Source: a virus. From it: 45,220 bases of DNA. The notes beneath the pieces are model-generated. The model made no database searches. It was given only the letters and a program-made list of their open reading frames with translations, and was not told where the DNA came from. Positions 8,525 to 16,852 of the stretch are shown piece after piece. Location of the stretch: the IMG/VR virus record IMGVR_UViG_3300010354_000006; one strand, 5' to 3'. The position numbers were made by a program, and so were the translations under genes. The first letter of the stretch is position 1, and each line of letters begins with the position of its first letter.

Positions 8525-8560
8525 AGCCCTGCTTGCCCCCAGCTTTGCAGGGCTTTTATT
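8525..8560 (+). terminator. Rho-independent terminator closing the plus-strand block
   Basis: 8-bp stem AGCCCTGC/GCAGGGCT followed by TTTTATTT. Confidence 0.55.
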
Positions 8561-8702
8561 TATAAAGAGCGGTATAATTAAAATAACAGTAGCCGCCTAG
8601 CCTCTGTCTGTTTACAGGTATGCTCAAATAGAGCGGCTCTTTTATTTTTGTGCTATATTAATTCTTGAACCTCTTAAACAAGGTTTTTTCCTTCCTTCAC
8701 AA

Positions 8703-8745
8703 AAGCACTAGGTTTTTTCAATTTTTCCCCTAGTGCTTTTTTTTA
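8703..8745. terminator. Bidirectional terminator between convergent blocks
   Basis: 10-bp stem AAGCACTAGG/CCTAGTGCTT followed by 8 T on plus strand and TTTT on minus strand. Confidence 0.55.
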
Positions 8746-9273
8746 TACCAAAGCATAATAATTGATTTTCTTTTTACCAGTGATACCCTTTTGACTTTTG
8801 CCTTCACCAACTTTCTTAACAATTCCGTGCTTTTTTAAAACTAAAAGCTGCGAATGAATCGTGCTATCTATATTATCTAAATTAGTGAGAACAGATTTAA
8901 TCGCTTCCTTCGCATCTGATCTTGTAAACCATGCCCCATTAGCACCTAGCCTGATAATGCAGTCTTTAACTGCTTGGCTTTCAGGTTTTAAAATAGGAGC
9001 TCTTCTGCCCGTCCAAATTGGTAGAATTTTTGGTTCTTTTTTTGGAAGATTTGCTATGTTTGTTTCTTTTCTTTTCTGAGCTTTAGCTTCCTCTGTAAAG
9101 CTTTTAAATCCTACCGCCCTACATAATTCAAGAAATAAACTTTCATCATGTTTAAAAGGATTGCCAATGGATTTTTCTTTCCAGCTTATAATCAAACCAT
9201 AATATTTATGTTCTGATTCAGTGTAATTATCTAAACCCGATACTCTATTCCCGCTTCCTAGCTTCATGCTCAA
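8743..9273 (-). CDS. Hypothetical protein (176 aa), possible winged-helix C-terminal region
   Basis: ORF track; last gene of minus-strand block. Confidence 0.45.
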   Translation of the reverse strand: MSMKLGSGNRVSGLDNYTESEHKYYGLIISWKEKSIGNPFKHDESLFLELCRAVGFKSFTEEAKAQKRKETNIANLPKKEPKILPIWTGRRAPILKPESQAVKDCIIRLGANGAWFTRSDAKEAIKSVLTNLDNIDSTIHSQLLVLKKHGIVKKVGEGKSQKGITGKKKINYYALV

Positions 9274-9310
9274 ATAGGATAGCTTTCTTTTTAATAAAAA
9301 TCAAGGCTTG

Positions 9311-9616
9311 TTACCTTTCTCTCTGTCTTTCTTCTTTTAAAAACTCTTTAAAATTATCCTTAAGCTCATTTAAAGCAGCAATAACCATGCGAAAATTCTC
9401 TTCAATTTTAATTGTTGATTTTTCTAAGCCTTTAATATCTTTGCCCTGTTCATCAGTCCTAACTTCTAAAGCTAAAATCTTTTTATCTAAAACTTTTAAT
9501 TGTGGCTCTATGACTAAGTTGTAAAAAATAATAAGTACAGTTAATTCACCACCAATGATTGAACCAACAAGCATTAACAATTCATAGGATTTAAAGATGT
9601 ACTCTGTTTCCGTCAT
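9311..9616 (-). CDS. Membrane-anchored coiled-coil protein (101 aa)
   Basis: N-terminal hydrophobic helix then charged helical region. Confidence 0.45.
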   Translation of the reverse strand: MTETEYIFKSYELLMLVGSIIGGELTVLIIFYNLVIEPQLKVLDKKILALEVRTDEQGKDIKGLEKSTIKIEENFRMVIAALNELKDNFKEFLKEERQRER

Positions 9617-10449
9617 TTTAATACTACAGTAACACCGATTTGCTCTTCTGCTTTACCCGATAAGAAAACTTTTAATAAACCGCCTTCAACTTTAACTAAA
9701 TAATTTAAATTCTCAGGATTAACAGGTAATGAAGCACCATTCGTGTTAGACTTTATTCTGTTTTCGCCTAAAAGATTTTGTATTAAGACTCTCAGCTCAG
9801 CATCAAAAAAAGTACCTTGAGACCCCATAGCTGTAATTTGAATTAAAGCTTTGTAGTTAGACTGCTTTAATTCAAATGCTGCTACTTGGGTAAGCTCGCT
9901 GCTAATTAAAATTGTTTCTTTTGTCGGATATTCAGCACCATCTTTACCCTTTTCGCCTTGCTCGCCCTTCTCCCCTTTCTCGCCCTTTAAATCCCCTAAA
10001 TTATTTTTCCATTCTTCAAATAAAGAAGCTAATTCTTTTTTCGCAAAATCATAATCAAATTCTGCATTTAAGCCATCTTTACCATTAATGCCATCTTTAC
10101 CATCTTTACCATTAATGCCATCTTTACCATTTTTGCCATTAACACCATTCTTGCCATCAAGACCATTCAAGCCATCTTTGCCATCAAGTCCGTTTAAACC
10201 ATCCTTGCCATCAAGTCCGTTTAAACCATCTTTGCCATCAGCTCCATTTAAGCCAGCTTCCCCTTGCTCGCCCTTGTCGCCTTTTTGACCCTTGAGCTTA
10301 TCTACTTTTTTCGCTAAAAGCTTTTCAACTTCTTGATTGAAAACGTCTAAAACCCTTTCTTTTAAAGGCTCTTTAAATTCTTCGCTAAATAGTTCACCTA
10401 TTTGAACTAGTCTGTTTTCTATTTTTGCTGCACCCGCTCCGCCTAACAT
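9613..10449 (-). CDS. Collagen-like repeat protein (Gly-X-Y), probable tail fibre
   Basis: Long run of G-X-Y triplets (GKDGLNGLDGKDGLNGLDGK...) encoded by tandem DNA repeats at about 10080-10260. Confidence 0.65.
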   Translation of the reverse strand: MLGGAGAAKIENRLVQIGELFSEEFKEPLKERVLDVFNQEVEKLLAKKVDKLKGQKGDKGEQGEAGLNGADGKDGLNGLDGKDGLNGLDGKDGLNGLDGKNGVNGKNGKDGINGKDGKDGINGKDGLNAEFDYDFAKKELASLFEEWKNNLGDLKGEKGEKGEQGEKGKDGAEYPTKETILISSELTQVAAFELKQSNYKALIQITAMGSQGTFFDAELRVLIQNLLGENRIKSNTNGASLPVNPENLNYLVKVEGGLLKVFLSGKAEEQIGVTVVLK

Positions 10450-10453
10450 GCTA

Positions 10454-10615
10454 ATTTAATCCTTTTAATTGATTTAGTATTGCCTCTGTCTCTTCTATTT
10501 CAGAATTTAATTTGAGAATAGCGTCAATAGCACCCTCTGTTTCTAGAATAACTAACTTCCTGTTTAATGTTTGAAGCTTGTTTTCTGTTAATTTAATTAA
10601 ATCTAAAATCGTCAT
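10454..10615 (-). CDS. Small coiled-coil protein (53 aa), missed by the ORF track
   Basis: ATG overlaps the TGA of the upstream 546-aa gene (ATGA coupling). Confidence 0.3.
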
Positions 10616-12252
10616 ACTAAAACTATAAGCTCCTGCATTTTTGTACTCAAATGTGATTTCAACAAAACCACATCGTATAAGTCAGTGCCATCTATAGCTA
10701 CATAAGCCGCCATTCTATTTCCTACTGCTGCCGTACCAGCTTGAATATCATCTGTCGGTGTGTAGGGAGATAAAACTCTGTTCTTTGCATCGAACCTAAA
10801 AATTTGATTAATTGCAGAAGCTACATAAGCATTAATGTACGTGAACCTACCTTCTCCATTAAATGGGGAATAAGCGGCACTTGCACCCGTTCCCATCGTA
10901 ATTACGTTGCCGTCATAAACTACTGCACCAGTCCATAAACCAGTCGTACCGCCTGCTATGTCAAGCAAGTCTAGTGTTACTGCACTTCCTCTGAAAAAGA
11001 ATAAATGCGAATGTCTAGCGTTTTTTTGTGTGTCTGGTTGGATTCCATACGCAGGACACCAAATGTTCCCAGCAGCATTAGCCGCAGGAGCAGTACCAAA
11101 AAGAGTTGTACTCCAAGTGTTCGCAGCTAAGTTAGTTGTTCCGTTGTTGTAAGCGGCATCGTTATAATTGTACGTATAAGTAGTTGTGTTTGCAGCAGTT
11201 CTTAAAACTAACAAGTTAGGATACTCTATGACATATTTAGCCGTGCTTGAAGGTTGAACAGTCCAGTTTGCACCTAATGTGTAGACAGGACTTGCACCTG
11301 CAGTATGCGAAGCAATATACGCTCTTTGATTGATTGCTGTTGGATTCGTTGTATCTTGAACTATTCTGATCTGAAAATTTCTATACTCATTCGCTAAAAC
11401 TCCAGAATCCCCACCACTAGCTTGACCAGTAATCGTGTTTGCGGTAGTTGCTGTTGCTGTTAGAGCTTTTCTTGACACTAAATTATTATCATACTCAAAA
11501 GTACCTTTGATGAATCCTTCACCTGGATTATGGTTATAAGGAGTGTATTGCTCGTCTAAAGCCACTATAGCCGAATCAGTCGCAGGAGTAGGAAGCCCAG
11601 CAGTTCCACCATTCGCTAGAGTGTTTGCAGCAACTTCGAAACTTCTAAAAGAAGTAGCCACTATAGCACCAGCACTTAGCATAAAAACTCTGCCAGCTAA
11701 AATCTCATACAAGTCTCCATTAGCTGGAGTGAATGTAAGTGCATTATCAAGTATAAAAGTTGGGGTTGTTCCTGCTGTGTTCGCTACAATAAATCTTTCT
11801 TCTACTTTTCCAGCAGCTCTGCCAATAATTCTAATTTTAAAACCATAGTCTCCAGAACCACCACGATTAGCAAGCATGTTAGCTCCTACCGCAGTAATTA
11901 CAGTTGATGTAGGAATACTTGTAGTAGTAGCTCCTGTTGTGATTGTTCCTTTAAGTCCTTGAGATGGAGCAAACACTGTTGCAGCACCAATACCAAAAGT
12001 TCCACCGAGTCCAGGGTTTATCGCTAGTGCTGAACTCTTTGTGATAATGTTAAACCTGTTGAGTGTGGCAGTGGACAGTAAATCATAAACAAAGGGATTT
12101 CTTGAAATGTCTGAGCGTAAATCTGAACATAAGCAAGCACCTGCTGCATGTGCATTTGGAGCTGGAGCTACAGGAATCCACATAGGTCTATCTATTACTT
12201 TTTTAAAATTGTTTGCCATTAACTTATTCTTCCTCTCACTATTTGAGACCAA
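10612..12252 (-). CDS. Putative virion structural protein, Gly/Thr/Ala/Asn-rich (fibre or receptor-binding-like)
   Basis: Composition and position among fibre genes; probable true start at internal MANNFKK. Confidence 0.45.
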   Translation of the reverse strand: MVSNSERKNKLMANNFKKVIDRPMWIPVAPAPNAHAAGACLCSDLRSDISRNPFVYDLLSTATLNRFNIITKSSALAINPGLGGTFGIGAATVFAPSQGLKGTITTGATTTSIPTSTVITAVGANMLANRGGSGDYGFKIRIIGRAAGKVEERFIVANTAGTTPTFILDNALTFTPANGDLYEILAGRVFMLSAGAIVATSFRSFEVAANTLANGGTAGLPTPATDSAIVALDEQYTPYNHNPGEGFIKGTFEYDNNLVSRKALTATATTANTITGQASGGDSGVLANEYRNFQIRIVQDTTNPTAINQRAYIASHTAGASPVYTLGANWTVQPSSTAKYVIEYPNLLVLRTAANTTTYTYNYNDAAYNNGTTNLAANTWSTTLFGTAPAANAAGNIWCPAYGIQPDTQKNARHSHLFFFRGSAVTLDLLDIAGGTTGLWTGAVVYDGNVITMGTGASAAYSPFNGEGRFTYINAYVASAINQIFRFDAKNRVLSPYTPTDDIQAGTAAVGNRMAAYVAIDGTDLYDVVLLKSHLSTKMQELIVLV

Positions 12253-12632
12253 GCAGTTCTTGACCCTGCATAGTTTTGAACGTCTGCGGTATAACCACCT
12301 ATGTTCGTTTGGTTTGTTAAAGTTGTTACAGTGGTTACAGTACCGATAGTATTAATCACTGCCACTCTAATCGCATTAATAGTTCTGTCTAAATAGTTAG
12401 GATATTGAAGAAACTGGGCTATGGTTTTAAGCCATGTTTCTACCCCGTTTACGATAACCTCTAAAGGTGAAGTATTGGTAATGTTTACGGGTATTGGGTT
12501 AGCAGTAGAAATATCATTAGCTACACCATCTTCACCAATAGATATTTTTACACGTTGATATTTAACTCCTGCGACTTCATCAGCCGCTATCTGTGTTCCT
12601 GAACCCTCGGTAATCGTTACGTTATCTGCCAT
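12219..12632 (-). CDS. Hypothetical structural protein (137 aa)
   Basis: ORF track. Confidence 0.4.
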   Translation of the reverse strand: MADNVTITEGSGTQIAADEVAGVKYQRVKISIGEDGVANDISTANPIPVNITNTSPLEVIVNGVETWLKTIAQFLQYPNYLDRTINAIRVAVINTIGTVTTVTTLTNQTNIGGYTADVQNYAGSRTAWSQIVRGRIS

Positions 12633-12772
12633 GTTAATTTGTGTAAGTTAAAGCCAATAAAAGCCCCATTGATTGCCCTGCTAAAGATGGAGTTTCCCCT
12701 GTTACGGCTTGCTCAATCATTAAATCCAATTCTAGGTCTAAACTATTCCCCATTACTTTAAGTTTACTCTAT

Positions 12773-13555
12773 ATGTCTTATAATAAGAACATGAGTTTAT
12801 CTAACCTGTTAGACAAGATAAAAAAAATCCCAGTTCTTAAGAAAAACGAAGAAGAAGAGTTGGCTTCTTGGTTTAATTCCAATGAATTAGCAAGACCAAT
12901 TTATGAAAAGATTTTAATTTATCATAACTTAAGATTGGCTAGGCATATTGCAAATAGATTTATAGACAGGGGTTATGAGCTAGAAGATTTAATTTCAGAA
13001 GCTGTTACAGGTTTAAAGCGTGCTGCTGAAAAGTTTAATCCAAAACTAGGCTATAGATTTAGCACTTACGCTGGGCAATGGATTAACCAACGAATCCAAA
13101 AGTTTATTCAAACTTCTTCAACGATTAAAATTCCCGTATTGAAATATTACGCAATTCAAGAGCTGCATAGCCTACTTAATGTTGAACCACTAGAGACTAT
13201 TAGAGAAAAATTAAAGCTTTCAAAAAATCAATTTAATAAATTATACCAAGCCTACTCAAGCCAATTAGTTGAGTCTATAGATGTACCTTTGAATGACCAT
13301 GAATTAATTAAAGAAAGTATCCCTTTTGCCTCAAAAGAATATGATGATCTTTCGGAAAATTTAGAATACTTCTTATCTCAAATCCCCAAAGATGAATACC
13401 CTATAGTCCTAAGTTATCTAAATCAAGAGTTTACTAAAAATAAACTATGCGAAATTTATAACTTAACCTTTATTGAATTAAATCAAATACTGAACCGCAA
13501 TGTAACCTTCTTAAAAGAATCTTTGCGAGGGGATTACGAAGCCTTAAGACTTTGA
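12773..13555 (+). CDS. Sigma-70 family RNA polymerase sigma factor
   Basis: Region 2 signature ...AAEKFNPKLGYRFSTYAGQWINQRIQKFI... (FSTYA.WWI.Q consensus) and a C-terminal helix-turn-helix-like segment. Confidence 0.75.
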   Translation: MSYNKNMSLSNLLDKIKKIPVLKKNEEEELASWFNSNELARPIYEKILIYHNLRLARHIANRFIDRGYELEDLISEAVTGLKRAAEKFNPKLGYRFSTYAGQWINQRIQKFIQTSSTIKIPVLKYYAIQELHSLLNVEPLETIREKLKLSKNQFNKLYQAYSSQLVESIDVPLNDHELIKESIPFASKEYDDLSENLEYFLSQIPKDEYPIVLSYLNQEFTKNKLCEIYNLTFIELNQILNRNVTFLKESLRGDYEALRL

Positions 13556-13864
13556 TTCAAAGAATCTTAATGTACCATCAGTAGTAGCCCTGATAACTGC
13601 TATATGCGTAATGTTTGAGTCAATACCAAAACTATATACTGCCCCTGCTGCTAGGTACGTGCTTGATGTAGTGGCTACTACCGTACTATCACCAGCTTCA
13701 ATGTAGCAGTTTTGGTCTGCTACCATTGCTGCTAAAATTCTTGTTTTTGAGTTAAATGGTGTCGCATTTCTTGCACTTGTCGCAGTAAAAGAGATTGCGT
13801 GCGTTGCTCCACCTAAAATAGCTACTGGTGTTGCTGATGTTCCTCTTGGTCCTAGTCCGCTCAT
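13544..13864 (-). CDS. Hypothetical protein (106 aa), Ala/Thr/Ser-rich
   Basis: ORF track; 3' end overlaps sigma gene 3' end. Confidence 0.4.
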   Translation of the reverse strand: MSGLGPRGTSATPVAILGGATHAISFTATSARNATPFNSKTRILAAMVADQNCYIEAGDSTVVATTSSTYLAAGAVYSFGIDSNITHIAVIRATTDGTLRFFESKS

Positions 13865-13902
13865 GTTTTAAGTTTATCTCTTTTTACCGCTCTTTTTCAT
13901 AA

Positions 13903-14172
13903 TTAACACTTCCATCTCTTTCTAGCCTTGCAAATCCTTTTTTCAGGGGTTTTAGAACAATCAATATTAAAGTCGTTCATTTGCCCTTTGCTTCTAGCAC
14001 AGTATGATTTCTTCCTAGCTCCGCCTTGTGGTTGAGGTGCTTGCAAGTTAGAACCTGTAGCTGCATTATAAGCTTTACGCCCTTTTTCTGTCAAACCGCC
14101 TTTATTAGATTTATGCTCTTTCTTGAAATTAAAGTTTTCTTTAGCTACTGCTTTGCCTTTATTTGGTTTCAT
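13903..14172 (-). CDS. Small strongly basic Lys/Arg-rich protein (89 aa)
   Basis: Composition read directly. Confidence 0.45.
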   Translation of the reverse strand: MKPNKGKAVAKENFNFKKEHKSNKGGLTEKGRKAYNAATGSNLQAPQPQGGARKKSYCARSKGQMNDFNIDCSKTPEKRICKARKRWKC

Positions 14173-14420
14173 TTCAACCCTTCTAACGCTGCTACCAAAG
14201 CGTTTTTTAAAGTCTCAGGGATTTTACCTGTTTGAAGATCTAACTCAACCTGAGCTTTAATCAGAGACAGATCTTCTTCCGTCAAACCTTCATCATCCAA
14301 GATATAAAGCTCTAAAGCTTTAGACTCTAAAAAATATTTATTCGCTATGTCGAAAAGTGGCGTACCGATTAAAGTCCTTACCAAATTTTTCATTCTAATT
14401 CTATATAACCCTTCTGTCAT
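14169..14420 (-). CDS. Hypothetical protein (83 aa)
   Basis: ORF track. Confidence 0.4.
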   Translation of the reverse strand: MTEGLYRIRMKNLVRTLIGTPLFDIANKYFLESKALELYILDDEGLTEEDLSLIKAQVELDLQTGKIPETLKNALVAALEGLK

Positions 14421-16105
14421 AATAAACCTAAAGCTCCGTTATCATTTAAACTCAACAATGTACTTGATAAAGCCATTCCTACGTACTCCCTTTGAGAGCC
14501 AGATAAACCTAAACCGCCATTAGGGCTTACGTGGTAAGCTTGTCCTGGGATTAGTCCAGAAGCTACCTGAGTACTATAACCCGAGTACATTGAGGATAGA
14601 TTAACTTTTTTTGTCTGCCCCGTAGTTCCAGATTCTGCTGCTATACCTACAGGTAAAGGGTTTGGCAGTACCCTGTTCCCGTAAACATATAATACGGAGA
14701 ACTGAACTGTAGAGCCAAATGTATTATTAATTACGACAAGTATAGGTGTATTAACCGCTCCGTTTTTAACTATGTAGTTTTTACTGTATGATTGGTAAGA
14801 ACCAAATCCGAAAGAGGATACATTGGAATAATAGTTTTGCGAAAAACTTTTTAGTTGTCTCTGCCCTATTCTTGTTACATCTAACAGTAGAGAATTTCTA
14901 TAAATTAAATCCCCGTTTATATTAAGCCTCCAGCCAGCATTAGCCAGAACAGTAGCATCAGGAAATCCGAAACTGTTCTGTCCATCTACTTCTGTAATAG
15001 TAGTTGAATTTACTGTAACTAAACGGGATTGAACACCTCCAGACTGCCCTAGAAATAAATATAGTCCTGAACTTATAGGTTCTACACTAAAACGTCCGTT
15101 AGCATCAGTTCCATAATATAAGTATTCTGCACCAGACCCTGAAAAAGCGGTGCCTGTAATGCCTCGACATAGTATAGCGGTGTCAGTGGATCCGCCTTTG
15201 CGATAACCAAAAAAGCAATTGTTGTTAGTTACATCGTGATAAAACCCTGTATCTTCAGTCGTAGCGGTCTGCCCGTTGTCTGTACCTACTCCAAGTACAG
15301 ACCCAAAAGTCATAGTAGTACCTGATACAGTACCTAAACATGCCTCGTAAGAAGAAGATCCAGCACTGTCTGTCGAATAATAAATAATGTGTTGCCCAGA
15401 TATAGTATCTACAGATAAACCTCTAATCCTACCTCTATCGTTAGTGCTTCCAGAGGCTACTATGTTGTTAGCTGAACCTACTGATATAGAAGTACCTGTT
15501 AAAGTTAAAACTCTTGTCTGTAAAGATGGGCTATCTGATCTAGCATAAACCGCTACTGCAACAGTCCCTGAATGTTTATTTATGCCGAAAGAAGTATTTC
15601 CTGAAGCTGTATTAGATACGTTAGTTGCTACCGATACCGCTGAGCCTACTGTAGGGTTAGCCCCAGATACGTCTATAGCTAAAGCACTTAGTGTATTTGT
15701 TGCTGATCTATACAGCAAAACTGCTGTAGAAGCACCTACTTCAATAAGCTTAGAGCCTAAAGGGGCTGTACCCCACGCTATACCTGTAGCTAATTCTGTA
15801 CTCCAAGTAATATCGCCTGTATTGGGATTTACAGCACCAGTTTTGATAAAGATATTCGTCCCGTTAGTATAAGCGTAAACAAGCTTATTGGTTGTTTCAT
15901 GGAAGCATATAGCACCTTTACCAGTGAATGACGGGAATAGTCGTAAATCTGCAAGTAGATCACCGTTGAGCGGTCTGCCTACTGGAGTTTTAAAAACTTG
16001 TCCATTAGCAGATAAAATTAAAGAATCCCCAGTGTTTACGTTTTCCCCTAGTACGAAATTATGCGAAGTTTTTCCGCTGCTGAATAAATCACTTGCACTT
16101 GCCAT
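14417..16105 (-). CDS. Putative tail fibre / tail spike-like protein (562 aa), Ser/Thr/Gly-rich
   Basis: Composition and position. Confidence 0.45.
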   Translation of the reverse strand: MASASDLFSSGKTSHNFVLGENVNTGDSLILSANGQVFKTPVGRPLNGDLLADLRLFPSFTGKGAICFHETTNKLVYAYTNGTNIFIKTGAVNPNTGDITWSTELATGIAWGTAPLGSKLIEVGASTAVLLYRSATNTLSALAIDVSGANPTVGSAVSVATNVSNTASGNTSFGINKHSGTVAVAVYARSDSPSLQTRVLTLTGTSISVGSANNIVASGSTNDRGRIRGLSVDTISGQHIIYYSTDSAGSSSYEACLGTVSGTTMTFGSVLGVGTDNGQTATTEDTGFYHDVTNNNCFFGYRKGGSTDTAILCRGITGTAFSGSGAEYLYYGTDANGRFSVEPISSGLYLFLGQSGGVQSRLVTVNSTTITEVDGQNSFGFPDATVLANAGWRLNINGDLIYRNSLLLDVTRIGQRQLKSFSQNYYSNVSSFGFGSYQSYSKNYIVKNGAVNTPILVVINNTFGSTVQFSVLYVYGNRVLPNPLPVGIAAESGTTGQTKKVNLSSMYSGYSTQVASGLIPGQAYHVSPNGGLGLSGSQREYVGMALSSTLLSLNDNGALGLL

Positions 16106-16107
16106 AA

Positions 16108-16830
16108 TTAAACTCTCCCTATAGGCGTTATCGCCACATCCCAGTTAGTACCATTACTTGTAATTTCATAAATAGCGTTTATATCCATCGTGAAATTAGC
16201 TGCATCTCCTGCTATTTGCTCTGAGCCTGCTCTTACTAAGGTTGATGGAGTAGCTGTAAAATCTTGCCCTATTGCTGGTTTCACCCTAAAATTAATTGTT
16301 GCAGTTGGCGAAGGTAACTGAACATTTAATCCAGTATTAATAGAATATTGCCCTTTATCAGTAGCGTTAAAGTTAATAGCTTTAGTTTCCCATGGCGTAA
16401 ATGTTCTTGGGTCAGTCCAAGTACCGTTACCCTCTAGCCATGTCGCAGCAGTACCACCAGCAGGAACATTACCAGCAGTAAAAGCCACACTTTGAACATA
16501 GCCTTTAGAAGCTACTTCGGTATCACTAGAGCCATCTGCATAACGTACCTTCCCCGAGCCATTGCAGTCTAAAACTATATCGCCATTTAAAGTAGCTTCA
16601 TTAATCACATTAACTGCAATCGTTGTAAAAGTTTGCAAAGCAGTATAAACACTAGCCACGCCAAGTTGTGGCATTTGATCTGCTATTACATTATTTAAAG
16701 TTATTAATTGACCAAGTAAATAAGAAAAGTTACCATTTGCATCAACTGCATCAATAAAATTACCAGCACCATTAGTAAACGTAGTTAATGAGCTGGATGA
16801 TGGAGTTGTTAAATCGCCTTTAGTTGCCAC
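16108..16830 (-). CDS. Putative fibre-associated structural protein (240 aa); GTG start
   Basis: ORF track; start codon is GTG at 16828-16830. Confidence 0.4.
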   Translation of the reverse strand: MATKGDLTTPSSSSLTTFTNGAGNFIDAVDANGNFSYLLGQLITLNNVIADQMPQLGVASVYTALQTFTTIAVNVINEATLNGDIVLDCNGSGKVRYADGSSDTEVASKGYVQSVAFTAGNVPAGGTAATWLEGNGTWTDPRTFTPWETKAINFNATDKGQYSINTGLNVQLPSPTATINFRVKPAIGQDFTATPSTLVRAGSEQIAGDAANFTMDINAIYEITSNGTNWDVAITPIGRV

Positions 16831-16852
16831 TCTATCTTAAGTTTACTCTAAT

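Noticed and set aside
7825-8742. tRNA genes in the ORF-free regions (also checked 37467-38526 and 42055-42857)
   Set aside because: No cloverleaf arrangement or T-arm GTTCRANYC-type motif could be found by eye; a tRNAscan run would be needed to be certain
16100-16125. T7-promoter-like string TATAGGGAGA upstream of the 562-aa fibre gene (minus strand), and GACTATAGGG inside the 22-bp repeats
   Set aside because: No single-subunit RNA polymerase gene is present; the GGGAGAG is better explained as a Shine-Dalgarno site, so the resemblance is taken as coincidental
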